From sequence record SRR31156797_9135: DNA of 37,829 nt; one strand, written 5' to 3'. The translations under genes were made by a program, and so were the position numbers. Position 1 is the first letter of the stretch. Every line of letters starts with the position of its first letter. The notes under the pieces are model-generated. The model was not told the DNA's origin. It saw only the letters and a list, made by a program, of their open reading frames with translations, and did no database searches. This document shows, piece by piece, positions 19,059 through 29,192 of the stretch.

Positions 19059-19796
19059 TTATTTCATTGACTCGCTGACCTCTTCAATTACGCAGTGAGG
19101 AGTTATCATTCCTAAAACATTTTCGTTCAATTTACCACTTTTCGTGACAAATATAACCCCTAATCTTTTCGTGACATTTTTTACATTCTGTGAAAACATA
19201 AATATTATATCATCAAGATTTGTGTATTTATTTATGAATTCGAACCTTTCGTCAATGTGATTTTCAATATAAATACTATCACCTAAATCCATCATAGTAA
19301 AATCACTGTCAATTATTGTAGTTTTATTCTTCCTTAAGTATGTGAAGATACAATCACCGCTGAATACACCCACTACTATAGAATTATCAATAATGGGTAT
19401 ATATGAAATATCTTTATCATGCATCTTCTTAATACAATCAATTACCTTATCATCCAAACGTGCAAAAACTAAATTTTTTGCGCTGATGCATACATCCATT
19501 GCTTTAGGAGGATTTTTTATTCTATTAACTATATAACTATATCTTTCTACAACTTCTTTATGAGGCTCCGCAATCGGGTTATACCTACTGGTAGAGTCAT
19601 GAACTATAGTATTACGCAGATTAGCAAAAAGCCTAAGTTCGTCATAAAAATTACTAACTGTTTGATTTTTCTTTTTTAATATACTAAGCATCTGTACATG
19701 GGATTTATAATCATGTATATTTAATACCGTTTCCATATGTTCTGTCAACTCGTTATATATATTAATAAAGCTATTGCTCAAAGTAGTATCGTTCAT
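19059..19796 (-). CDS. CBS-pair protein with N-terminal HEPN-like domain
   Basis: LRNTIVH (R61-x4-H66) in a helical N-domain; CBS motifs 'MHDKDISYIPIID...VVGVFS' and 'LGVIFVT...VLGMIT'. Confidence 0.75.
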   Translation of the reverse strand: MNDTTLSNSFINIYNELTEHMETVLNIHDYKSHVQMLSILKKKNQTVSNFYDELRLFANLRNTIVHDSTSRYNPIAEPHKEVVERYSYIVNRIKNPPKAMDVCISAKNLVFARLDDKVIDCIKKMHDKDISYIPIIDNSIVVGVFSGDCIFTYLRKNKTTIIDSDFTMMDLGDSIYIENHIDERFEFINKYTNLDDIIFMFSQNVKNVTKRLGVIFVTKSGKLNENVLGMITPHCVIEEVSESMK

Positions 19797-19990
19797 TAAA
19801 TTTCCTTAAATTAGTTATCATACACTATTATAGTACAAATTCTGGTAAAATGAAAACACTTTGTAAGAAAAATTTAAAAAAAAATAAATTTAATAATATA
19901 TTAGATACTGATAAATACTCTACTAAAACAGTTGTAGTTTATTAATAAATTGTGATATAATCAATAATTAAAACGAAAAGCAAAGAGTAT

Positions 19991-22375
19991 ATGAAATTTA
20001 CTAAAAGAAATGACACAATAGCAAATGATAAAATAGTCACTATGCTTTGCAGTGAGCTTAATATCTGCAGACTGACTTCTTCAATATTAGTTAACAGAGG
20101 ATATAATTCTCTAGATTCTGCAAAGAAATATCTAGGCTTGTCAGGCAGGGATTTCAGTAATCCATTTGATATCAGCAATATGCATGATGCTGTAGACAGG
20201 ATAAATGAGGCAATAGCAAATAAAGAGAATATAGTAATATATTCAGATTATGACACAGATGGTGTTTGTGCATGTAGTCTGCTGCTTAATGGCTTTGAAA
20301 TATCTGGATACAAAAATGTCTCATATTATACGCCAGAGAGAGAGGGCGAAGGATATGGACTAAATGCTGAGGCTGTTGGTAAATTGTCAAGAGAAAAATG
20401 CAGACTACTGATAACTGTTGACTGTGGAATATCCAATGTTGAGGAAATCAAGCTGGCAAAATTCCTAGGTATAGATGTAATCGTTACAGATCATCATAGC
20501 TGTCCCCCTACACTGCCAGAGTGCATAATAGTCAATCCAAAGCTATCAGGTGCAAAAGGGCAGGAATATCTCTGCGGTGCATCTGTCGCCATGAAATTAT
20601 CTCAGGCTGTATTCGGAGGCAACAGTGAAAACCGTGAGATGGAATTAGCAGCAATAGCAACTATTTCTGATATGGTACCCTTAGTTGGTGAAAACCGACA
20701 TATCGTTAATCTTGGTCTGGAGATACTAAATAACAGACCCAGTACAGCAATAGGCGAGTTAATCAAAATGGCTGTAGGAGACAAAGACATATCATCTGAA
20801 GATATTGGATACAAAATCGGACCGATAATTAATGCTGCAGGAAGAATAGCAACTGCGCATATCTGCATTGATTTATTTACTGGAAGAGCCGAAAGTATTA
20901 AAGAAAGTGTTGCTAAGCTGATTGATTACAACAATGAGAGAAAAGATATACAAAACGAAGTTTATAATCAGGCAAAGGAAAAAGTTCTTGATTTAGACCT
21001 TATAAACAATAATGGTATCATTCTCTACGATGAAAACTGGACTCTCGGAGTTGTGGGTATAGTAGCATCTAGACTGATGAATGATTATGGCAGGCCTATT
21101 GTAATGCTAACTAAATCCAATGAGCATATAAAGGGGTCTATCAGAAGCGTCGACGGGATAAATATATTTGATGTACTGTGTAATATAAGCGAACTATTTG
21201 AAAGCTTCGGCGGTCATTCCAAGGCAGCAGGAATCACATTAAAAAATGATGATGTTCAAGGGTTTGCGGGTAGATTCAACAGAGAGCTGGATGACTTTGA
21301 CAAGGCACTATTCGATAAGACTGTGTATTACGATATTGTATGTGAGCCAAAGGATATAAATTTAGATACAGTAAATGAAATTCGAATGATGGAACCCTTC
21401 GGGCAAGATAATCCCAGCGTTAGCCTTCTGGTTGAGGGAGCAAAAGCAATTGATTATACCGTAATGGGTAAGGAAAAAAATCATTACAGGGCTACTTTTG
21501 CAAAGGGTGCAGGCGGAGTAAAGGGAGTGGGGTTCTTTTCTTCTCTTGCCGATGGTGCAGCATCAGGGAATATGCTGTGTGATGTAGTACTATCACCTAG
21601 TATCAATAGTTTCAATGGACATACCAGCGTTCAGGGAATGATAAATTCAGTAAAATCCTATTATGAAAGTGAAGCAGATTATCTGGAATTTATTGACTGT
21701 ATAGCTCCAAAATTTATTGAGTCAAATATCGGAAACCAGAATTCACTCACAGATGATAAATATCTTGAAATAGAGACTACCAGCATAGATGAATTAAGAG
21801 AAATACTTCAGTCAACATCCTATCAAAATCTTGTTATTGCAGATAATATTAACATAGCAAGAGAACTGTATGCACAATTATCAAAAGAAGTTATGAACAA
21901 AACGCATATCTCAGTAGAAGATATTGATGTGCAGATAAATGGCGCAAATACTATACTTCTGGCACCTGATTACAGTCAACTGAAATCAAAGATTTATAAG
22001 AGAGTATATTACATAAACGTTAATGAAAATGTGAATATTATTAAAAAATTGTCACAATCATTGCATGATAATATACAAGTGGTTATAATGGGAGACATAA
22101 AACCTGCAGATACGAGGATAATTACCATTGAGAGGCTGAGGGAATTATACACTACAATAAAAGGACTCGGTGGCAATCTGACAGGAATCAACTATCTATT
22201 GGAAATGGGATATAAGCAAAAGATAGCAAAGTATGAGATGCTGATAGCCCATGAAGTATTCATTGAGTCAGGATTATTAATATTTGATAAAATCAAAAGT
22301 GAATATATTGTAAAGTCAAAGGCGGCTGTAGATGTGAAAGAAACTTTGGCGTTTAAAAAATTCATTATCGAGTGA
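19991..22375 (+). CDS. recJ: ssDNA-specific exonuclease RecJ
   Basis: DYDTDG, TVDCG, TDHH, SDMVPL, INAAGR, FGGH. Confidence 0.96.
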   Translation: MKFTKRNDTIANDKIVTMLCSELNICRLTSSILVNRGYNSLDSAKKYLGLSGRDFSNPFDISNMHDAVDRINEAIANKENIVIYSDYDTDGVCACSLLLNGFEISGYKNVSYYTPEREGEGYGLNAEAVGKLSREKCRLLITVDCGISNVEEIKLAKFLGIDVIVTDHHSCPPTLPECIIVNPKLSGAKGQEYLCGASVAMKLSQAVFGGNSENREMELAAIATISDMVPLVGENRHIVNLGLEILNNRPSTAIGELIKMAVGDKDISSEDIGYKIGPIINAAGRIATAHICIDLFTGRAESIKESVAKLIDYNNERKDIQNEVYNQAKEKVLDLDLINNNGIILYDENWTLGVVGIVASRLMNDYGRPIVMLTKSNEHIKGSIRSVDGINIFDVLCNISELFESFGGHSKAAGITLKNDDVQGFAGRFNRELDDFDKALFDKTVYYDIVCEPKDINLDTVNEIRMMEPFGQDNPSVSLLVEGAKAIDYTVMGKEKNHYRATFAKGAGGVKGVGFFSSLADGAASGNMLCDVVLSPSINSFNGHTSVQGMINSVKSYYESEADYLEFIDCIAPKFIESNIGNQNSLTDDKYLEIETTSIDELREILQSTSYQNLVIADNINIARELYAQLSKEVMNKTHISVEDIDVQINGANTILLAPDYSQLKSKIYKRVYYINVNENVNIIKKLSQSLHDNIQVVIMGDIKPADTRIITIERLRELYTTIKGLGGNLTGINYLLEMGYKQKIAKYEMLIAHEVFIESGLLIFDKIKSEYIVKSKAAVDVKETLAFKKFIIE

Positions 22376-22407
22376 GGTTTTGAGCTATTTTAGGGATATT
22401 AAAAAGC

Positions 22408-24567
22408 ATGAGCGAGTATAAAGATAAAAAAGAAGGCAAAATAAATTATGTGAAAAAAGCGCATGATTTTGCCAAAAAAGCACACGATGGGCAGGTGCGT
22501 GATTCTGGCGAGCCATATTTTATTCACCCTGAGGCTGTTGCTGGGATTTTGAAAGAACTAAATCTGGATGACGAAACGATTGCTGCCGGATACCTTCATG
22601 ATGTTGTGGAAGATTGCGATTATACATACGAAGATATTGAGAGAGAGTTTAACGAAAAGATTGCCAATCTGGTAAAGGGAGTAACAAAGCTTGATAAAAT
22701 GAATTTTGCCAGCCGTGAGGAAGCTCAAGCAGAAAACACCCGTAATATGATGATGGCTATGGCTGATGACATTGGCGTTATTCTCATTAAATTAGCTGAC
22801 AGACTTCATAATATGCGAACACTGCAGTTTGTTAGCGATGAACGCAAGAAAGCAATTGCAAAAGAGACTCTGGATATCTATGCTCCTCTTGCACACAGGC
22901 TGGGTATTGGTAAGGTGAAATGGGAGCTGGAGGATTTGTCATTCAGCCACCTTGAGAAGGAAATGTACACCACTTTAGCAAAAAAAGTAAAAATGCGTCG
23001 TAAGGTACGTGAAGAAATCGTAAACAGCAAAATTGAGCAGATTGAAGCTGAGCTTAAAAAGCACAATATTTCTGCTGTCATTGAAGGGCGACCAAAACAT
23101 TTTTATAGCATTTACAAGAAGATGCAGTCACAGGGCAAACCATTTGAAGAGATATATGACCTGACAGCTATCAGGATTATTGTTGATTCTACGAGAGACT
23201 GTTATGGTGCTTTAGGTGCTGTTCATGAAATCTGGACTCCGATTCCCGGCAGGTTCAAAGACTATATTGCTATGCCAAAGTCAAACGGTTACCGCTCAAT
23301 TCATACTACACTAATGGGTGCTCATGGTGCGGCATTTGAGATACAAATTCGTACAGAAGATATGCATAAAACAGCTGAATATGGTATCGCTGCTCACTGG
23401 ATGTATAAGGAGAAAAAAGGCGGCGAGAAAAACAGAGTTGATAAGGAATTAGCGACATTCAGGCAGCAGATACTAGAACTAAAAGACAGCTCAGCTAATG
23501 CAATGGAGTTTTTGACTACGTTAAAGGTAGACTTAGTTCAGGAAACAGTATATGTATTTACTCCAAAAGGAGATGTACACGATTTGCCTGTAGGCTCTAC
23601 GCCTATTGACTTTGCTTATAGAATACACTCCGCAATAGGCAATACATGTACAGGTGCAAAAATAAATGGAAAAATGGTCACATTAGACACCAAGCTTCAA
23701 ACTGGTGATATTGTAGAGATTATTACATCAAAGAATTCCCACGGACCATCCAGAGATTGGCTTAGTATCGTAAAGACATCACAAGCAAGGTCAAAAATAC
23801 GCACATTCTTTAGAAAACAGGGTAAGGAAGACAATACCTTCAAAGGCAAGTCAATGCTTGATGAAATGATGCGCAAAGGTACTGTCTCAAAGAATAAACT
23901 GATGAAGAATGAAATCATCGAAAATGTTTGTCATAAGCTTGCATTTCTTCACTTTGAGGATGTATTAGCTGCCATTGGATATGGTGAATTAACTACAAAT
24001 CAGGTATATTTGAAACTGCTGGAAGAATACAACAATAAAAATATCAAAGAAGAGGAAACCAAAGAGGATGAAGAAATTGAGATTACTCAGAGAGAACTAA
24101 AGCCGAAGAACAGCAAGGCTTCCGGCGGAGTAATCGTAAACGGTGAACGAAATATGCTGGTTAAGTTTGCTGGCTGCTGCAATCCTGTCCCATTTGATCC
24201 TATAGTAGGCTTTATAACAAGAGGCAGAGGAGTATCAATTCACAGACAGGACTGCTACAACGTTACTTCTGGCGGACATGATGCATCCAGATACATAGAA
24301 GCTGAATGGGAACACGAGGTGGAGACGAAATTCGTATCGTCACTCCATGTAAGTATGCATGATACATCAGGTTTGTTGGTGAGAGTATCCCACTTGATGC
24401 AGAGCCTGAATGTTTCTTTAATTAAGATGAACGCTGAAAAAACAGTACAGAATGTTGCAGTTTTTGACTTAACTGTGGAGCTTAGCAATGCTGAACAATT
24501 GGTTACACTGATTCATCAACTAAAAAAAATGCCTGAGTGCATACAGGTATACAGAAAGAACGGATAA
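22408..24567 (+). CDS. relA: Bifunctional (p)ppGpp synthetase/hydrolase Rel (long RSH)
   Basis: HD domain LHDVVED, KLADRLHNMRTL, YRSIHT, EIQIRT; TGS, Cys-rich and ACT domains. Confidence 0.97.
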   Translation: MSEYKDKKEGKINYVKKAHDFAKKAHDGQVRDSGEPYFIHPEAVAGILKELNLDDETIAAGYLHDVVEDCDYTYEDIEREFNEKIANLVKGVTKLDKMNFASREEAQAENTRNMMMAMADDIGVILIKLADRLHNMRTLQFVSDERKKAIAKETLDIYAPLAHRLGIGKVKWELEDLSFSHLEKEMYTTLAKKVKMRRKVREEIVNSKIEQIEAELKKHNISAVIEGRPKHFYSIYKKMQSQGKPFEEIYDLTAIRIIVDSTRDCYGALGAVHEIWTPIPGRFKDYIAMPKSNGYRSIHTTLMGAHGAAFEIQIRTEDMHKTAEYGIAAHWMYKEKKGGEKNRVDKELATFRQQILELKDSSANAMEFLTTLKVDLVQETVYVFTPKGDVHDLPVGSTPIDFAYRIHSAIGNTCTGAKINGKMVTLDTKLQTGDIVEIITSKNSHGPSRDWLSIVKTSQARSKIRTFFRKQGKEDNTFKGKSMLDEMMRKGTVSKNKLMKNEIIENVCHKLAFLHFEDVLAAIGYGELTTNQVYLKLLEEYNNKNIKEEETKEDEEIEITQRELKPKNSKASGGVIVNGERNMLVKFAGCCNPVPFDPIVGFITRGRGVSIHRQDCYNVTSGGHDASRYIEAEWEHEVETKFVSSLHVSMHDTSGLLVRVSHLMQSLNVSLIKMNAEKTVQNVAVFDLTVELSNAEQLVTLIHQLKKMPECIQVYRKNG

Positions 24568-25017
24568 ATGAGAGTAGTTATTCAGAGAGTAAAAAAGGCA
24601 AGTGTTAAGGTTGCTGGTGAATATATTTCGAAAATTGACAATGGACTTCTTATGCTATTAGGAGTGGAAAAAGGTGATACACAGCCTGATTTGGATTATA
24701 TTATAAAAAAGACAGCTGGTCTTAGGATATTTGAAGATAACAATGATAAGATGAATTTATCTATAAAAGATATAGGTGGATCAATCATTGTTGTGTCACA
24801 GTTTACATTAATGGGAGATGTAAGGAAGGGGAACCGACCTAGCTTCTCAAACGCAATGGAGCCTGCAACTGCTAACGAAATGTATAAGGAAGCTGTAGAA
24901 GCGTTTAAAGCACATGGTATTAAAACTTTAACAGGTGAGTTCGGTGCAGATATGGATGTAGAGCTTGTTAATAGCGGACCAGTTACTATACTGCTTGATT
25001 CTAAAAGGAAATTCTGA
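24568..25017 (+). CDS. dtd: D-aminoacyl-tRNA deacylase
   Basis: MRVVIQRV, SQFTL, GNRPSF, N.GPVT. Confidence 0.97.
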   Translation: MRVVIQRVKKASVKVAGEYISKIDNGLLMLLGVEKGDTQPDLDYIIKKTAGLRIFEDNNDKMNLSIKDIGGSIIVVSQFTLMGDVRKGNRPSFSNAMEPATANEMYKEAVEAFKAHGIKTLTGEFGADMDVELVNSGPVTILLDSKRKF

Positions 25018-26492
25018 TGATACTGTTTTCCACAAATACCCCCAAGATTTCAAATGATTTGTGCGATGTAATAAGACTCTTTTATGGCACACGTGAAATA
25101 ACTCTTTTTAAGGATTTACATAGTGATAATAGATCTGATAAAATTGTAATCCATCATATCCATGCTGTAGAAAATGATACTTTTGTGGAGAATTACATTA
25201 TTGCTTCTGACAGTGATAATATAACATTTCATTATAAATACGATTTTAATCCCACTACAGATGAAATAATAATAAAACGTATGAAGAAGAGAGCCTGCAA
25301 GCTGGGGCTCTACTTTATGCTAAAGGAATATACAGGCATGCAATTGCCTTGGGGTTCTTTAACTGGTATTCGTCCAACATCACTATACAGACAGTTGGAT
25401 AGATTTGAGAATAATTCCGCTAGAGAGCAATTTATAAATGTCCTGGACGTATCAAATTCGAAACTACAATTAGTCGAAGATATAATAGAGAATCAAAAAG
25501 ACATTTATGTTAAGGGGGATGATACGGCAATTGATGTCTACATTGGTGTACCATTTTGTCCGTCCAGATGCCTCTACTGTTCTTTCATTTCTCACGATTT
25601 GTCTAGAGCAGAGGCTCCCCTTAACGAATACACAAATTGCGTACTAAAGGAAATCCAGCTGCTAAAGCATATTGTAAATGCAAATAGTAAAACCATCAGA
25701 AGCATATATTTTGGCGGTGGTACACCTACTACCCTAAGCAATGAGCAATTAGAGAAAATGCTTACTGCACTCAATAACATTGCACCAAAAGATATTGAGA
25801 TAACTGTAGAAGCTGGCAGAGTAGATACTATTAATGATGATTTGCTGAAAATGCTGAGAAACAATGGCGTAAATCGCATTAGTATCAATCCACAGACATT
25901 TAATGATAAAACTCTTAAAATCGTAAACAGGCGGCATACTGCACAAGATGCACTTTATTGGCTGGATAGAGTAAGTACCTATGGCTTTAATACTATTAAT
26001 ATGGACTTGATTATGGGACTGCCATCCGAAACAATAGATGATATGAAGAATACTTTATCAATTGCAAAAAATTTACCAATACAAAATCTTACTGTGCATA
26101 CTCTTGCACTTAAGCGAGCCAGCAGCATTAAGATGAATAATCTGAAGCTATCATATGCTAGTGAAAGTGAAGCGGCACAGATAATAGATATTGCAAGAAA
26201 TACAGCACATCAAATAGGCATGAAACCCTATTACCTATACAGGCAAAAATATATGTCAGGCAATTTGGAGAACGTAGGATATGCATTAGAGGGTCATCAA
26301 TGCATATACAATATTGACATAATGGAGGAAACTCATAATCTGTTTGCTATTGGAGCAGGAGCAATATCAAAGAGATTTTTCTACGAAAAGAACCTGCACA
26401 CAAGGTACTCCAATCCAAAGTCCATAGAGCACTATATAAAGAATATTGATAAAATTATTGTAGAAAAGAGAGAGTATTATAAAGGTGTATAG
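25017..26492 (+). CDS. hemZ: HemZ-type radical SAM protein (coproporphyrinogen III oxidase-like)
   Basis: PWGSLTGIRPT, PFCPSRCLYC (CxxxCxxC), GGGTPT, PYYLYRQK. Confidence 0.9.
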   Translation: MILFSTNTPKISNDLCDVIRLFYGTREITLFKDLHSDNRSDKIVIHHIHAVENDTFVENYIIASDSDNITFHYKYDFNPTTDEIIIKRMKKRACKLGLYFMLKEYTGMQLPWGSLTGIRPTSLYRQLDRFENNSAREQFINVLDVSNSKLQLVEDIIENQKDIYVKGDDTAIDVYIGVPFCPSRCLYCSFISHDLSRAEAPLNEYTNCVLKEIQLLKHIVNANSKTIRSIYFGGGTPTTLSNEQLEKMLTALNNIAPKDIEITVEAGRVDTINDDLLKMLRNNGVNRISINPQTFNDKTLKIVNRRHTAQDALYWLDRVSTYGFNTINMDLIMGLPSETIDDMKNTLSIAKNLPIQNLTVHTLALKRASSIKMNNLKLSYASESEAAQIIDIARNTAHQIGMKPYYLYRQKYMSGNLENVGYALEGHQCIYNIDIMEETHNLFAIGAGAISKRFFYEKNLHTRYSNPKSIEHYIKNIDKIIVEKREYYKGV

Positions 26493-26500
26493 GCTGTAAA

Positions 26501-27385
26501 CTATACAGCTCTTCCGTCAAAATTCACATTCCCTATTGCTATTTCGACTTCATCAAACCCAGCTTCATCTAAGAAGTATCCATTTATTACATTGATTAAA
26601 TCAACAGAGCATTTCACAGACTTATCTACTAAGTCCGTCAGTGAATAATTAACCATTCGTGTATTATTCCAAGGCGAACGCCAGCTTCTGTGTGATAGGT
26701 TCATTGGATCATTTCCGCTTACAAATTTAGGCGGTGTCAGAACATTTGATAAATCATTTTTTATTAGGAATGACGCCACAGCATTTTTGCTATCGCTTGA
26801 TAATTTACTGGTAAAGAACATAGCATCATCAAATGCATGCTCAATAGAAATAGGACGGATAGATCTTTTATTCAATGTTTTATTTATTGCAATCGAGAGC
26901 ATTTTTGATACTTTGGAAAGAAAAGACTTGCTATTATTTTGAAATACTAAACTTTGCTTTGGGTAGCCTGCCAGATTTATTTTCTTGTAATAATAAGTAT
27001 CTATCATCTGATCAAACTTTTCAACATCATCAGAATCTGCTCCGCCTTCTGGCTTTTCTGCACTATAATACGAAAAAGGTCGGATTGTTTTATTAGAACA
27101 ATAATTTGTGATAAATCCAAGATAATACATCATCAGGTCTACTTCCTTGGCTGCGGCAGATAACAGATATATAAGAAATCTATTATGATGATGGTACATA
27201 CATATGTCAATATATTTCAGCAGAGAATTCTTTTTGTATGGGCTATGAATATTATAGTACTTAAAAAATTCCAAACCAACACTTCCCAGTAAAAACTCAT
27301 TATACTGATTTTGCAGATATCTTGGTTTTCCTAGTTCGTTGAAGCATAGCTCAGCTATTTGATTGTGTGTATATATTCCTGGCAT
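26501..27385 (-). CDS. Zinc-dependent phospholipase C-like protein, degenerate active site
   Basis: MPGIYTH N-terminus, 'FLLGS.G..FF.YY' and 'YYLGFIT.Y' match the family pattern, but several metal ligands are substituted. Confidence 0.6.
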   Translation of the reverse strand: MPGIYTHNQIAELCFNELGKPRYLQNQYNEFLLGSVGLEFFKYYNIHSPYKKNSLLKYIDICMYHHHNRFLIYLLSAAAKEVDLMMYYLGFITNYCSNKTIRPFSYYSAEKPEGGADSDDVEKFDQMIDTYYYKKINLAGYPKQSLVFQNNSKSFLSKVSKMLSIAINKTLNKRSIRPISIEHAFDDAMFFTSKLSSDSKNAVASFLIKNDLSNVLTPPKFVSGNDPMNLSHRSWRSPWNNTRMVNYSLTDLVDKSVKCSVDLINVINGYFLDEAGFDEVEIAIGNVNFDGRAV

Positions 27386-27528
27386 ATAATTCCCTTCTAA
27401 AGAATCTTACTCTATGATATCAAATTACTATGAATTTAACAAGCAGAACAGATATGAAGCATATATATTTGTATAAAGCTCTGTTATTAGTATTGATAAC
27501 AATTTACATAGATATTTCACAAAAATAC

Positions 27529-27556
27529 TTGACATGACCACAACAAGTGCTATAAT
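27529..27556 (+). promoter_or_regulatory. Consensus sigma70 promoter upstream of the SGNH gene
   Basis: TTGACA, 16 bp, TATAAT with extended TG. Confidence 0.8.
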
Positions 27557-27714
27557 AAACATACTACATAGTTTTTATTACTAGATAACAGCAACATGAT
27601 ATTACAATATGCGACATTGTGCAATAAATACCTGAATATTAATGACGTTTGTGTAGTATGCTATATGTAAAAATAAATTATATTGATGGAATAACATCGC
27701 CAAAAGGAGAACCA

Positions 27715-28425
27715 ATGGATACAGTTAAAAAAAGTAAAGTTTTGATCTGCGGCGACTCAATAACAAAGGGTGTAACCTTTGATGAAAAGAAAAAAAGATA
27801 TATAAATCTGGAAAATGCATTTATTAAGACTGTTGCGAATAAGATAAATATACAGATCAATAACCTTTCTAAATTCGGAAATACTGTTGGAAGAGCTCTA
27901 AAAGGTTTCAAAAAAGCAGCAGAGAGCGACGAGTATGAATATATCGTAATTGAGCTAGGCGGAAACGATTGCGACTTTAATTGGAAAGAAGTTGCTAATA
28001 ATCCTAATGGAACACATAATCCAAATACAGACTATGAAGAATATCAACAGATACTCAGACAAATGATAGAGATTTCAAGACAAACAGGAGCAAAACCCAT
28101 TTTGGCAACACTTCCTCCCATTGATGCTCATAGGTATTTTGATTGGATTTCATCGTATTCTGACGATGCGAAAGGTAACATCTTGACTTTTCTAGGAGAT
28201 GTTAATAGAATATACTGGTGGCAGGAAAGATACAATGCGGCACTTCTACAGGTAGCAAAGGATACTAATACACCTGTAATTGATGTTCGCTCGGCAATGC
28301 TTTCAACGGACGACTACAGGAAGTATTATTGCGTCGATGGCATTCATCCCAACAGGGAGGGACATGAGATACTTTCAAATGCGATTTTAACAAACAGCAA
28401 TATTATAAATATGAGGTGGCAATAA
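27715..28425 (+). CDS. SGNH/GDSL hydrolase (likely start MDTVKK)
   Basis: GDSIT, LGGND, DGIHP blocks; AAAGGAG RBS before 27715. Confidence 0.9.
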   Translation: MDTVKKSKVLICGDSITKGVTFDEKKKRYINLENAFIKTVANKINIQINNLSKFGNTVGRALKGFKKAAESDEYEYIVIELGGNDCDFNWKEVANNPNGTHNPNTDYEEYQQILRQMIEISRQTGAKPILATLPPIDAHRYFDWISSYSDDAKGNILTFLGDVNRIYWWQERYNAALLQVAKDTNTPVIDVRSAMLSTDDYRKYYCVDGIHPNREGHEILSNAILTNSNIINMRWQ

Positions 28426-28526
28426 TTATGAGAATTTTAAGGTTGTTGAAGATTGGAATATTGGGAATTGTTAAAGGAATGAGAAATCAATTTCTTATTA
28501 AACTGGAATCATAAAATATATGTTTA

Positions 28527-29192
28527 TTAATTAGAAATCCTGTCCACAAACAAATCAAGATAGGGAGCAGTAAATGTCATCTGCTCTTTTTTTGTTGGGT
28601 GAATTAATGTAATTGACTTTGAGTACAGAGAAATCCATTTGCCTGGTTTGGCATTCCTATTATACTTATTATCATTGACTAATGGATGATTAATACTAGC
28701 AAACTGTACTCGTATCTGATGAGAACGTCCAGTTAATAAATCTACCTCGCATAATGATTTCTTATCCTTTGTTTCTAGTAACTGATACTCTAGTATTGCA
28801 AACTTCGCACCATTTGTTCCCTGAGGTACAGATTTCACAATATTTGTCCTAAAATCTTTCCGCAGATAGTGCTCCAGTCTTCCTCCTTTTGGACGACCTT
28901 CACATACCAAATGGTAAATCTTTTTGAATGTACCATTCTTGATTTGCTCAGTAAGGCGAGCTGCAGCCTTGGATGTTCGTGCGAAAACCATTACGCCAGA
29001 AACAGGTCTATCCAGCCTGTGAACAAGCCCGAGATAGACATTACCTGGTTTATTATATTTTTCTTTAATATAACTTTTCAAAATTGTCAGCATATCAATA
29101 TCACCGCTGATATCGCTTTGAGATGGAATACCTGCTGGCTTCACTACAACCAGCAGGTGATTATCTTCATATAAAACATTAATATTATCCAT
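28527..29192 (-). CDS. RluA-family pseudouridine synthase (likely start MDNINV)
   Basis: VLYED, KPAG, HRLDRPVSG, TGRSHQIR. Confidence 0.93.
   Translation of the reverse strand: MDNINVLYEDNHLLVVVKPAGIPSQSDISGDIDMLTILKSYIKEKYNKPGNVYLGLVHRLDRPVSGVMVFARTSKAAARLTEQIKNGTFKKIYHLVCEGRPKGGRLEHYLRKDFRTNIVKSVPQGTNGAKFAILEYQLLETKDKKSLCEVDLLTGRSHQIRVQFASINHPLVNDNKYNRNAKPGKWISLYSKSITLIHPTKKEQMTFTAPYLDLFVDRISN

Noticed and set aside
18889-19098. 69-aa ORF between pilC and the CBS gene as a possible antitoxin or small membrane protein
   Set aside because: AT-rich, low-complexity, no convincing RBS, and it overlaps the convergent gene's 3' end
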